From: Podarcis bocagei
Taxonomy: Eukaryota
Length of the DNA: 64,000 nucleotides
Assembly (NCBI GenBank): GCA_964188305.1
Contig: OZ076900.1
Strand: one strand, 5' to 3'
The position numbers were made by a program, and so were the translations under genes. Positions 37,176 to 49,657 of the stretch are shown in pieces. The notes beneath the pieces were generated by a model. That model was not told the origin of the DNA, ran no database searches, and saw only the letters and a list, made by a program, of their open reading frames with translations. Within the stretch, counting starts at the first letter, position 1; each line of letters starts with the position of its first letter.

Positions 37176-38198
37176 TACATGTTTTCCAAAATGCAACCTA
37201 AAAAAGAAACTACTTTTCATAACCAATAATATTACCAAATTCATGCCTGAAACATTACAATATATAAATCTTAGTTAAAATATTATAAAAGGCCTTCATG
37301 TGGCAACCACATTGCTGAAGTTAAACAGGTCTCAGCCTGCTCAGTGCCTAGATGGAGTAGCCTGATGTAAGCACCCTTGTAAGTAATAAATAATAACTAT
37401 ATATGCTTACTTACAAATCACTATGATCACAGAACCTAATTAATTGTTACAGCAATGAATTTGTGTTGCTGATCATTAATGCATAGATTAAACAATAGGA
37501 AACTTGATATGTTTACTGAAATTTTGATTAAAGCAGTCCTTGTACTTCATGGACCACCTCTCCCCACATGAGCCAACCTGAACCCTGCAATCATCCATCT
37601 GAGGCCCTTCTTCATCTGCCCCATAGGAAGTTCAGAGGGTGAAAGCACAAGATCTGGCCTTTTCAGTGGTGGGCCCTTTCCAGTGAGGCACACTTGGTGC
37701 CGTCTTAATCCGTCTTTAGGCACCAGGTAAATACTTTTATTTTCCCATGGCCCTTAACTTTGGCCCATAATTTGAAGGGTAGCATGGTTCTGCCTTTGTT
37801 CGGCATAGCTATTTTTTTTATATTTTTATGGCATGTTCTTACTGGCTTTAAAGGAAATGTAGTAGTGTACTGAAATTTCAGGACATTTTAGAATTTCCAA
37901 CATCTCCTCTCTTGCCCATCCTTTAGCCTTTCACTATAAATTAGACCCTTAGGCACTGCCCCTTACTTCAGAATGAGTATTTATAGTTCATCATAAGCTG
38001 AACATGAGATTGCAGAGTGATGAGACTGCAAAAAAGATGAATGTTTACCACATTTCTCGAGATTTTCTAGGTACTGAAAATATACACAAGATATAAAACT
38101 ACTAGAATAGTGTTTACAGTGAGATAAAACAGTAGCCTTCTATTTTTCAGAGCCATGCTGACAGAAACAATAAATCATGCTATCAACTGAGATTAATA

Positions 38199-38418
38199 CA
38201 GTGGTACCTCGGGTTAAGAACTTAATTCGTTCTGGAGGTCCGTTCTTAACCTGAAACTGTTCTTAACCTGAAGCACCACTTTAGCTAATGGAGCCTCCTG
38301 CTGCCACAGTGCCGCCGGAACACAATTTCTGTTCTCATCCTGAAGCAAAGTTCTTAACCCGAGGTACTATTTCTGGGTCAGCGGAGTCTGTAACCTGAAG
38401 CGTATGTAACCCGAGGTA
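38199..38418. mobile_element. Tc1/mariner MITE family A (right TIR clipped)
   Basis: Same body; ends at CCCGAGGTA. Confidence 0.85.
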
Positions 38419-39559
38419 GAACAGCTTGCTCTATGGTATTAACCCCTTCGTGCATTAATTAGACTTTTGCATGTTGGTTATACGAGGCTGGCTATCCCAC
38501 AATATGAACCTGCCAAGGTTTTGAGATCTTCAAGGAGGCCCTTCTCCCAGCCCCAGCACCCTCACAGGCATGCTTGGGAGGGCGAGGCCTTCTCGGTGGC
38601 TGCTCCCAGACTTTGGAACACCCTTCCTAGAAAAGTTGGATGGGGCTCCCTCCTTGTTGTCATTCTGCTGGCAACTGAACATTTTTCTGTTCCAACAGGC
38701 TTTTGGGAACTGACTGCTTTTGATGAAAGGACTGCGTGCACTACTTTTTTATTGTCATTATTTTCATTGTTTTAATAGTTGTTATTCATGCATATAGTTT
38801 ATTTCTATAACTGTTTATTTTATTTTATTTTACAATTGTTTTGAAATACCTGCCCAACTCGACAGGCAAGGTGTTCATTTGTTAAAACTACTAATTTTAT
38901 GAAACAATGCATTTCTAGAAATGAAAAATTTTCTATTATGAAAAACCTTCATCCTACATCACTGATTATTTAAGTTACTTTGAACTCTTTAAAAAAGCAG
39001 CCTAAGACATGGCAGGCCTGTATTCGGAAATTTTAAATGTCTGGTTTTTCCCCCAATTTTTTTATATGTGATGTAAGCAGCCCAGAGTGGCGAGGGAAAT
39101 CCAGCCAGATGGGCGGGGTATAAATAATAAAATTATTAATTTTATTTCCTATATTTTTAGTGGTTCTTATTTTAATGTGTACTCTGCCTTGAGTCTCTGT
39201 CAGGTAAAAAGATGTGGTGTTTATGTGCTATATATAATCAAATATCGAGAGAGAGTGAGAGAGAACATGTTCTGTACAACACTTTTCCCAAACAGAGGGT
39301 CTGCATTTTGAAAGCTGCCCTCGGAGGCTTCGCCCTGAAAGGCCTTTTATACATGTGTTGAAATAAATACAAATAAACAAAACAACAGTACCAACCTATA
39401 CACAAGCCTCCCACTGAGTTAAATGGGGCCTACCCCAAAGTAAGTGGATCCAACATTGCAGCCTGAGGCTATAACCTTAGGCTCATTTAACTTTAAGTCC
39501 CATTTAACTCTCTAGGACTCGCCTCTAGATGGGGCTAGTTAGTTATAAGAGCCATAGTA

Positions 39560-40130
39560 AGAGACGCGGAAACAGTAGGCGGGGACATTGACAATAAAAG
39601 GCGGGAAAGCGCCCAACGACCTAAATCTGGACGAAGAACAGTTAAAAAGAGACAGCGAGGAGGCGGGGCGGGGGCGTGGTCACTGCGGGCAGCCCCGCCC
39701 CCGTGCTCCAACCCTCTCTCTCCTTTTCAAGGCATCAAAGATGGCGTCGCCGGGCTGTTAAAAGGTTCCGCTTGTCAGCGTGAGGCAAATCCTCACCGGC
39801 GTGCGCTGAGCCGCCGCCTTCCTGTTTAATTTCCATCAAGTTTCAAAACTGGAGGGAAGAAGGAAAGGGGAAGACGGTCGAGAAGACATTTATATAAAAG
39901 CGAGCTGGGCCAGCAGCGGCTCCCCCGCAAGCCCTCGATGTCAGCCGCGACGGTGAGGCTCGGCCCGCGCCCTGAGGGGTTGCCATGGCGACGGGAGTAA
40001 TCAAAGCGGCGCCCTCAGGGAACGCAGGCGGGAATAGGCCGTTGGGCGGCTGCCGTTGAGTGGCTTCGTCCCTTCAGCGCATCCAAGGGGAAAGGAGGAG
40101 TCGGGACGCCCTTACTCTCTTTTGGGGAGG
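39560..40130 (+). promoter_or_regulatory. CNTRL: CpG-island promoter of CNTRL with probable non-coding first exon
   Basis: Only non-repeat CpG-dense stretch in the window; E2F-like GGCGGGAAA 39600-39608, GC boxes ~39662-39702, YY1-like AAGATGGCG 39738-39746, TATATAAAAG 39891-39900, donor-like CG|gtgagg at 39952/39953, X-box 39979-39992. Confidence 0.75.
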
Positions 40131-40678
40131 TGTGTGGGGTGTCGGACCTCAGGGCCCCCACACAGGTTAAGGGAAGGAGGAAGGATTAGTTTATTTTCTC
40201 TCTCTCTCTCCTTCTAGATATTTGATTATTTGGCTTTCTGTTGACTTTTAGAAGTAAGCGGATGGGATTTTTTAAAAAATGTGTTTCTCTTTCCTCATGG
40301 TTTTAATGTATCTAAGTGGGCTTTATTGTCTGTCTGGTTGTAAGTGGTTTAGGGTTGCCGTGGGCAGGATCATTATACTGCAAATCGCCCTGTGCTCCTC
40401 AATTAATTAATCAATAATAAACAACGGGCAACTTTGATAAATAATAAATAAATAATTTCTATCCCACACACTTTCAGCATAAATTTATGTTTTAACAGGG
40501 TGAATGGTAAGAGTAGTTTCAGGGGGGTGGGGCCAGAGGAAGAAAAGGAACGAAATAAGCTCTGACCTTTCCTTTTTAAACAGAAAGAAGCTCCGGTTGT
40601 GTGCACTTGTCACATATGCGATGACAAGTATTACTACGAGTGTTCATTTGTTAAGGTTTCGTTTTGGTTTTAAGTGTA

Positions 40679-41033
40679 AGTAAAGGTAAAGGGACCCCTG
40701 ACCATTAGGTCCAGTCGTGGCCGACTCTGGGGTTGCGGCACTCATCTCGCTTTATTGGCCGAGGGAGGCAGCGTACAGCTTCCGGGTCATGTGGCCAGCA
40801 TGACTAAGCCGCTTCTGGCGAACCAGAGCAGCGCACGGAAATGCCTTTTACCTTCCTGCCGGAGCGGTACTTATTTATCTACTTGCACTTTGACGTGCTT
40901 TCGAACTGCTACGTTGGCAGGAGCAGGGACCGAGCAACGGGAGCTCATCCCGTTGTGGGGATTCAAATCGCCGACCTTCTGATCGGCAAGTCCTAGGCTC
41001 TGTGGTTTAACCCACAGCGCCACCCGCGTCCCT
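40679..41033 (-). mobile_element. Sauria SINE
   Basis: Full length; TSD GTTTTAAGTGTA at 40667-40678 and 41037-41048. Confidence 0.92.
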
Positions 41034-41277
41034 TCTGTTTTAAGTGTACCTGGTTATAATTGTTTTATCTGTAAATTGCCTTGAGATGGTGATTTATAAG
41101 GTGATTAATAAATCAATAATAATAGTTCCTACTGAGAAAACAGGCCTACTGAAAATAATGAGCATTACTTAGATCTGTTATTTTCAGTGGGTGTCCTCAG
41201 TGTAGAACTTAGCTGAATACAACCAAATCCTTTAAAATAAAGCACACTACATGTCTTCCAGGGTTGCAAACAGAATA

Positions 41278-41500
41278 CAGTCGTACCTTGGAAGTCAAAC
41301 GGAACTTCAAAACGTTCAGAAACCAAAGCACAGCTTCCGATTGGCTGCAGGAAACTCCTGCAGCCAATTTGTAACCGCGGAAGCCCTGTCGGACATTTGG
41401 GTTCCAAAGAATGTTTGCAAACCGGAACACTCACAGGTTTGCAGCGTTTGGGAGCCAAAAGGTCCGAGTACCAATGAGTTCAGGAACCAAGGTATGACTG
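41278..41500. mobile_element. Tc1/mariner MITE
   Basis: TIRs CAGTCGTACCTTGG / CCAAGGTATGACTG; TA TSD; related fragment at ~49997-50075. Confidence 0.8.
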
Positions 41501-41693
41501 TAGTAAGAAAGAGAGAAGTGCAATTTAAAAATAATGTTCATAATAAAAAATACTCACATTACATGTCAGTCTTCTTTTTTAAAAAATAATCATAATAATT
41601 TCATTGCATATCAGTGCAATTTAAATATGATTATCCTATACCACTGTTTCTATGTCCTGCTAAATAAATAAATGATGATGATGATGATAAATG

Positions 41694-41743
<50 letters not shown>

Positions 41744-43389
41744 TAATAATAGAAAAATATTGTTATGACCTTCCTTTTTCAAAAATCCTTTAAAGTAGAG
41801 ATTTTTATCCCAGTCTGTGTCTGTCTTGGATTTGAAATTGTTTTTACTGTTGATTTATTATTGGTGTTTTTATTGTTACTTTCTTCAAGGTGTTTCATGG
41901 GAAGCTATTCATAAATGAAATGCAATAATAATGCACACTAATGTAGCAAATTAAAACAACAAATTCAAGCAACAGCAGCCCTATTTTCTACCCAACTTTC
42001 TTGGTAATCCAGAAAAGATGAGGAACCCCACCCACTGAATGAACTTTTAGTTCATTTAGAGAATGAACTAAAGCTCCCACTGAACTGAGTCAGGTTTACC
42101 TGAGTATAGTATAGCACAGTTAAGAATCTCCAATGCAATCTACAGTGCATGTCTATTCAGGAGTAAGAACCATGGAGTGCAAGGAATTTATTGTCAATAT
42201 GCGAGTATAGGATTGCAAGCCTTTCATGACAGACGTTTCATTGGTGAACAGACAGCATGCTAAGAGCTCGAGGCTGGTGTCTAGTTCCCAATTTCTTATG
42301 TAAAAATTTTAAATAGAGCAGCATGATTAAAAGAAGCAGTTCTTTTTAAGGATAGTAAATAAGCTGCCTCAATAAGGTACTTGTTCTGCACACCAATATA
42401 ATCACAGGGCTACCCTATTTCATACATCACAATGACCAGAAGCAACAGCATTTTCTCTGTTTAAAAGTGTTGTTTTTGCACAAGGGACTTTAATATTTAA
42501 TATTTCATTCATGCCACACATGAATGAAAAACTGGGGATTTCCCACCCCAGAATAAGTGAAAACATGCACTACAAGAGGGAAACTGCCCTGTATGAAGCA
42601 CAAGAGGGAAACTGCCCTGTATGAAGCACAATAACGTCATGTCCAGTCCAACACAGTTTTGATACAAGATGCTGTTAAACATAGCACCCCTATGCTAATA
42701 ATACACATATAGATGAATAAAGGTGTGCAGCCCCAAATAAGCTTTGGGCCACTGCAAATCCTACTCACACACACTCCAAAAAAAGCTTCCTCTAGGAAAT
42801 GCCTTTGTATCACATGTGGCCCAATGCTTCTTGAAGAATGATTGGGATAAAGATGTAAAAAATAATCTGCCCTTCTTTCAAGTGCCACATTGTTGGGGGA
42901 GGCTGTTCATGTTTCCCAGCTTCTTCAACCTCTCTGCTTTGAGCGTTTCATGTCTTCCATATTTTGGAGACAATCTACTTCTAGGAGTGTGTGGGATTGT
43001 GATGTACAATATGGTGATTGTCGTCCAACATCATATGGATATGAAAACAAAGTTCTGTCTGAAGTTACATTGGCTTGTTTTATTAAGCATCATCAAAAAG
43101 ACAGCTCTTAAAAAAATAAGCTACTCTGAGTGATGTGTCTTTTAATGATGCTTTCAGTAAACAAGGATAAAGAGCAGTATCAAACGAGTCTGAAGTATTT
43201 AACCACCAACCACAATGTTAAATAGCTAGGAAAGAAAAAGTGAAGATGAAAGAAAGATAATATGTGGGCAGATTAAACAAATCAATGAAGCTGTTTGCAG
43301 GATATGTAGAATTATGAGTATTAAAATCTAGGTGAAATAAATTAGAGCATGTATGACAAAAGGGTTTTTGTCAACCGAGCTCTACTCAG

Positions 43390-43526
43390 CAGGGCTTTTT
43401 TTTCAGCCGGAAGTTGCCAGAACACAGTTCTTGCACCTCTCAGGTGAGCACCTTTGCCATTCTAAGAGAACAAGGGAGGTGTTCATTGTAAGTTCCAGCA
43501 TCTCTTTTTCTAGAAAAATAGCACTG
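43390..43526. mobile_element. hAT-type MITE nested in a palindromic repeat
   Basis: 8-bp TSD CTACTCAG at 43382-43389 and 43527-43534. Confidence 0.78.
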
Positions 43527-44217
43527 CTACTCAGAGTAAACCCATTGAAATTAATGCATCTAAGTTACTTTTGTCCATTATTTTCAATAGTTCTACACTG
43601 AGTGGGATTAGCATTGGCTAAAACCCCCCAAAATACTCTTTTTTTGAATTTTCTTTTTCATCTCAGCCTCACAATGTTAGTTTTGTTAGTTATACAAGTG
43701 TTTAAGAAGCTAGTTAAAATAATAAATGTGCTATTCTTACCTTATAAAGAACCCATTGTTTCCAAGTGTTGCAGAGAGATTAAAAGATAATTCAGTCCTT
43801 GCCTGCAGACTCACAATCTAATAGACATGTATGAAAAAGAATGGGTAGGGGAAAGGAAAGAAGCAAATTTAGGCACCAGTTCTTGATGTTCTTGTTCTCT
43901 CAGCATTAATACTATATTTCAGGCATGTCCAACAGGTCAATAGTGATCATCTGGTTGATCCCGGGGTGTTCCTGGTCAATCTATGGAGTTGGACGTCCCT
44001 GCTGTATTTGATCTGGAAAACTGAGCCTCCCTGCCTTTACATTCACACAAATAAGAAGCCTTTGGCAGAGACCAACTGGCTGTGCACACTCAGGGCAACT
44101 GGCAGTTGGAGCTGAGTGTTATTTCTGCCAGAGAGGACAGAAGCAAGCTTCTCCTTCTGCAGCCAATGAATTGGGCCACATTCATTTCTCTTTTGCCATG
44201 ATGTGCTTCCTAGGAGA

Positions 44218-44603
44218 GGGGACACGGGTGGCACTTATGTCTAAACCACTGAGCATCTTGGGCTTGCTGATCAGAAGGTTGGTAGTTCAAATCTGCACGA
44301 CAGGGTGAGCTCCTGTTGCTCTGTCCCAGCTTCTGCCAACCTAGCAGTTCAAAAGCATACCAGTGCAAGTAGATAAATAGGTACCTCTGCCATGGGAAGG
44401 GAAACAGCATTTCTGTATACTCTGGCTTCCGTCATGGTGTTCTGTTGCACCAGAAGTGGTTTAGTCATGCTGGCCACATGACCCAGAAAGCAGTCTGTGG
44501 ACAAACACTGGCTTCCTTGGTCTGAAGTGAGATGAGCGCCACACCCCATAGTCGCCTTTGACTGAACCTAACCATCCAGAGGTCATTTACCTTTTGCCTT
44601 ACC
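44218..44603 (+). mobile_element. Sauria SINE, more diverged subfamily
   Basis: 14-bp TSD TGCTTCCTAGGAGA at 44204-44217 and 44604-44617. Confidence 0.88.
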
Positions 44604-45789
44604 TGCTTCCTAGGAGACAAGAGGTATGGTCTTCCCTGGCCATTGGATCCCTGACTGGTGGCAGAGGTTAAAATGTACTTTCCTTTCCTTCTGCAGACTC
44701 ATAGCAGCAGAGAATGTTAGAGAGAAGTACCTTAACATAGCAGTTTAATAAACAATGGCCTTAGTTTTAAGTTAGCTTTGGGCAATATGACTGGTTGCTT
44801 TGAAGAGCCTACAGCAGAGACCATATGAGTCATCAAAAGGTGCATGCTTTATATATCAAGTGAACTAAAATTAATGTTGTGATCTGCTTTTTGTTACTGT
44901 CCAAATGAGATGGCAGATAGTAGATGTGCTTTACAACAGAAACAGTTTGAACTGCCTTTAGGTATTCTTGGGAAGGCAATGTGTTATGTAACACAGGGTA
45001 TTACATATAATACACACAGAGGGACACACATGCTGGGCACAAAACACTCTTAGGTGTAGACTTCCACCCTACAAATCTCAGTTTTAGTTGTTTGTTCTCT
45101 GGTGTATATGTGTGTGTGTGTGTGTGTGTTTACCATTTGTCATCTGTTTGCCTCCCATTTTGCTGAAACAGTTAAGGAGAAAACAGGCCTGATGTTTGCC
45201 ATTCATGTTTATAACTGTAATAGGCAGGCAACTGACAATACTCTTCCTCAAGAAAGTAGTTGTAGGTGGAGGAATCTCTAAGGTAGTTTGCTTCTTTGGC
45301 TGGTTTTCTTATCCTACAACTCTAACAGAAACTGTTCATATAAGCTAAAGTGTTTCTGCACTAGTGGGGGTGGGGTGGGAAACCACAGCTTCCTGAAAGC
45401 AAACTGAGGACGTGGTAAGTAAGCAAAGATAGAAGGCATGAAATTTGAGTTAGCTCTGGCTGCCTAGGCAAGTTGCACTGAGGAACGTGTGCACTAGTGG
45501 CTTTCCTTATTATTTTTTGGTTTATCCTCATTTTTAAAGTTCATTTTGTAAGTCACTTTGAGTTTCACTTTTTGAAAGAACAGTTAAAAATAAGGATGAA
45601 GAATGAGAGTTGTAAAAGCTCTGAAAGAAAGTTTCTTTAATGTTCATTTAACATAACCAATAATTAAGATCTGTAGATTACATTTGAGCAGCTATATGAA
45701 TATTTTTATGCCCTTGGAAACGATTTAAAGAGGATCTTGTGTTTGTCTGCTTGTAGCTTTTCACCTAATACTATGCAGCATTCTGTGCA

Positions 45790-46012
45790 ATAAGGAAAGG
45801 CCAGCCACAAAGAGCACCATTTAGAAAGAGACTGTTGTCTTCATCTCAAACTCTGAGTCCAATGTCTACTGTGAGTTCAAGCAGCAGGTCACCATCTCCG
45901 TTGAGCAGACGAGGTATTCCAGCTACTTATCTGACAAAGGGGAAAAGGCGTCAAGGAAATGCACCTGAAGAAAGTGATACAGGAATTCCCTCTGAATCTT
46001 CAATTGGACAAG
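45790..46012 (+). CDS. CNTRL: Centriolin first coding exon (orthologous start reads ATA at 45790; first in-frame ATG at 45862)
   Basis: (I)RKGQPQRAPFRKRLLSSSQTLSPMSTVSSSSRSPSPL resembles human MKKGSQQK...SSMSNMRSRSLSPL; acceptor ttgtag ending 45756; donor CAAG|gtatag, phase 1. Confidence 0.75.
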
Positions 46013-47739
46013 GTATAGTAGTTAATAGCATTTTAAACTATACATTTTTGACATTTAGATCTAGACATATGCCCGGATTTTATTTTATTTTACTTTGGTG
46101 GGGGAACAATATAATATGGCTTTTGAACTAGCTTTTATTTCTTGATTGTTTGATAACTAGGTATTCCACTATAGAGCACGGTATTTCCAGGCACCTCAAC
46201 AAATTATAAAAATAAAAACAGTAATACCAAGATAAAATTTCATATAATAATAACACAGGAAAAAAAGAGTTAAAGACAGGAAATAACACAATGCCTTGTT
46301 TCACCTGGCATGAAAATGACATCAACAGAAGGTACCAGGTGATGCTCCCTAGGAAGAGCATTCCAGAAACTAATATCTATTTAGAGCATTTTGTAGATAA
46401 TAAGAGCACAACATGTTCTCAGGCAGGTGCAGCTGAGTGTGTTTAGAGGTGCCAGAGGGCCCACTAGAGAGTTCTTTTGTTCAGAACTGGAGGTCCTTCT
46501 CCATGTGCCCCATCCAAAAGAAGGTCAGAGGTTGGTGACACAGGAGAGGAGCTTTTCAGTTGTCCCAGCACACCTTGCCCAAAACTATGACATGTTTTAA
46601 TGTGGCAGCAAAAAGTTGTTGAAGTCAGCACCAGGCAAGGCACACTGAGAAGAACATGGTTGGTGGAAGGACCCTGAGTGAGTGACTGGGAGAAGAAAGG
46701 AAAGAGGTGGGAGGGTCCACCACTTTCTGTGTGAGACAAAAGTTAAGAGCTACCTTTGAGAGAGGACTTTCTCTATTTTTGTTTTTGTTAGATTAGTTTC
46801 TTTTATCTTGCTGTATTATTTGGAACTCTGTCCCTACTCTCCACATTAATGGATGGTGGAGAAGTTAGCATAGTGCTTATAGAGAGCAGCAATGCTGGGT
46901 AGTTGGACTTGCCATGGTGGAGAACTTAGCTGCACCCATGTGGGTGGTAAGCTGCAGGAAGCAGTTTTCCCACCAGCAATAATTCACAGAAAGCTCTGAA
47001 AGGGGGCATTCTAGGCCAAAGACAAAGACTGGCAGCTTTGGAACATAGGATCTGGGTATGTTCATGTTGGGATAAGTGTTCTGTCAGGGTATGCCTGCTT
47101 GGTTTCAGTTGGGAGTGAAATCTAAGCATTAGGCCAAAAGGTTTTATGGAAAAGTAATTTTTAAGAATGCCTTTAAAGTAAGAGATGTTCAGGAAGAGAG
47201 TTCAGGAGAAGAAGTGAGGGGAAATGGAAGGAACCATAAAAAATAGAAAAAGAATTATTGAAAGATAATACCCTTCTTTGAAAAGACAATTACTGAACTT
47301 TTAAAATGGATGGAGAACCTGTGGCCCTCCAGATGTTTTGCCCTCTCCAGCTACTATCACCCCTGACTTTTGACCATACTAGCTGGGGCTAGTAGGAATC
47401 GGAGTCTAATGATATCTGGAGGGCTACATGTTAGGCACTCCTATTGTAAAGAGACATGATAATGGAAAGCAAAGGGGACAAATGGCAAGTTTGATGGTCA
47501 ATAAACATAGACCATTATGAGGTTCATGATGGAAGTGTCAGTATCCAAAGTTATTAGCTCAGTGATAGAAACAACTCACTAATAGGTTTGCTTTGTCATA
47601 CTACATATTTTATGAACATGCTAAAAGCACTTTTTGATGCAATCAGATATTTTGTCCTTTATGACAAAACTTTCAGTTGAATGCTTTTCTTTCTATTATT
47701 GTATTGTCACACACAGCAACACCTTATTGTTCATTTCAG

Positions 47740-47873
47740 ATGACAACTGTATCAGTCCAGGTATCAGATACATAACTGAGACTCTTATCAAGAAGCTGTC
47801 CAAACAGGAAAATCTGGCACGCGTAACTATTCTAAATCTTTCCCTTGCCAAAGATGGGGGAAAGAAGTTTAAG
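47740..47873 (+). CDS. CNTRL: Centriolin exon (N-terminal LRR region)
   Basis: DDNCISPGIRYITETLIKKLSKQENLARVTILNLSLAKDGGKKFK; 134 nt. Confidence 0.95.
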
Positions 47874-49526
47874 GTATAATGTTTATTATTATTTTTCCTC
47901 TCACCTTTCCCCCTGATGGGTCTCAGGGGAATGTCACACTTGTGTCTATTCACCTAGAACAAAAAAAAATGCTGCATATAGAGCTACCACTGCACATTCC
48001 AATTTGCCTACAAAAACTAACCATAGAGTCCTTGACTTTATATCATGCCTTTTAAAAAGTATACAGTCGAATTTTTTATACTATATATTGCTGGTACTCC
48101 CTGTTCCAGTGACTTGCTTCTGGGGCTATTTATCAAGGCAGATTATCCAGACCAGAAGAAGTGAATTCCCTAGCTTAGAGGTTTTATCTAAAAGCAATAA
48201 CCTTTCTACAGCCCAAGCAAGGGTGGAAAACCAGGCTCTCCAGAATTTATATCGAGTAGTCAATGCAGAGCATTCATACAAATTGCAAATCACAGAGGCT
48301 GATGTTCTACACCTTTATTTCCTTCTGTGCCTGAAGAGAGTAGTGTAAACAAAAAGACTCCTAGTGAGTTCACTTGGCTGGATCCCATTCTGAGAGGGCA
48401 GGAGGCTCCCCAAATAAGTCCTGACACCATTTTAATAAACTAAATACAATAGCATATTTCACATTTCATTGTAGACCAGGAGTTGCTAGTATGCCCTATA
48501 TATGTGGGACTAAAACTCCCATCAGCCCCAGCCAGCATGGCCAATGGTAAGGGATAATGGGAACATCTAGAGGAGGTACCATGTTGGCTATCTCTGCAGT
48601 AAATCATAGTTAATGGTTTACCCTGAATATTGTTTCCCACTAGCACATGGAGAAAACAAAATAAACCCGTGACTTAGCATTATGTCCCTGATAAAAGGAC
48701 CCCAGTCAGTAAACCAAGAACAAACCATGGCTCCAGTTCCTGATTTTGGGGGTAGTGTAACAAAGCATCATCCCTGATTTGAATGTAAAGCTACACCAGC
48801 AATTTGTTTCTTTCTAGCATGAGTTGGAAAGAGCAAAAATTGGCCAAGATCAGCACATTCACAGCAAACCATTGACTAGTTTACCAGGAAGTGTGAATAA
48901 GACAATTGGAAGAAAAAATAAAACGTGGTGTCCTGTTGAAGAGAACTAGGCACAGCTTAAAATAACTTTAATTCAATTGAGTTCATTAGCTTAAAATGAT
49001 GAGTAACCACATGAGTGTAGCCAAAGGTTTGTAGGGGAGGGAAGGTGCCCTTGCCCCAATTCAAATAAGTAAATAAAAATATTTAACTAACTAACTAACT
49101 AACTAACCAATTGCATCACAAATAACTTGGTTCTGCCCCCCCCCAACATAAAGTCTGCCACCCTAAAATAAATCGTGGCTATGTCCAAAGGTAAGCAGAA
49201 AACCTAGTAATGATGTCTTTCTTTGCAATTTCTTTCTCAGTATCAGACTGAGATAAAGCTGGTTTTTTACAACCGTTTTACATCTCTGAATTTGGCCACT
49301 TGAGAAGCTGCCTCCAAATATTTAAGATGCTCAAAATAAGTTTTTAAATGCCTCTTGGGTTAAACTTAAAAAAAATTTCAAAATCAGTTGGTACAATTAC
49401 ACTCAATTATTAATCTCAGTTGATAGCATGATTAATTGTCAGCATGGCTCTGAAAAATAGAAGGCTACTGTTTTATCTCACTGTCAACACTATTCTAGTA
49501 ATTTTATATCTTGTGTATATTTTCAG

Positions 49527-49657
49527 TACCTAGAAAATCTCGAGAAGTGTGGTAAACTCGAGGTCCTCAATCTCAGTAACAATTTGATTGAGAAGATTGA
49601 AAAACTAGACAAACTTTTAAAGCTACGTGACCTCAATCTATCATTCAACAAAATATG
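49527..49657 (+). CDS. CNTRL: Centriolin exon (LRR)
   Basis: YLENLEKCGKLEVLNLSNNLIEKIEKLDKLLKLRDLNLSFNKI; 131 nt. Confidence 0.96.

Noticed and set aside
39985-40059. Strong-Kozak gccATGg ORF (MATGVIKAAP...) as the CNTRL start
   Set aside because: It stops after 24 codons with no similarity to centriolin; the ATG is the centre of the X-box palindrome.
31262-41033. Five consecutive Sauria SINEs all on the minus strand
   Set aside because: Too few copies to distinguish from chance; the other five copies in the window are on the plus strand.
42573-42630. 28-bp direct repeat (a ~31-bp one also at ~32509-32570) as a CRISPR-like array
   Set aside because: Only two adjacent units with no spacers, in eukaryotic DNA; simple slippage duplication.
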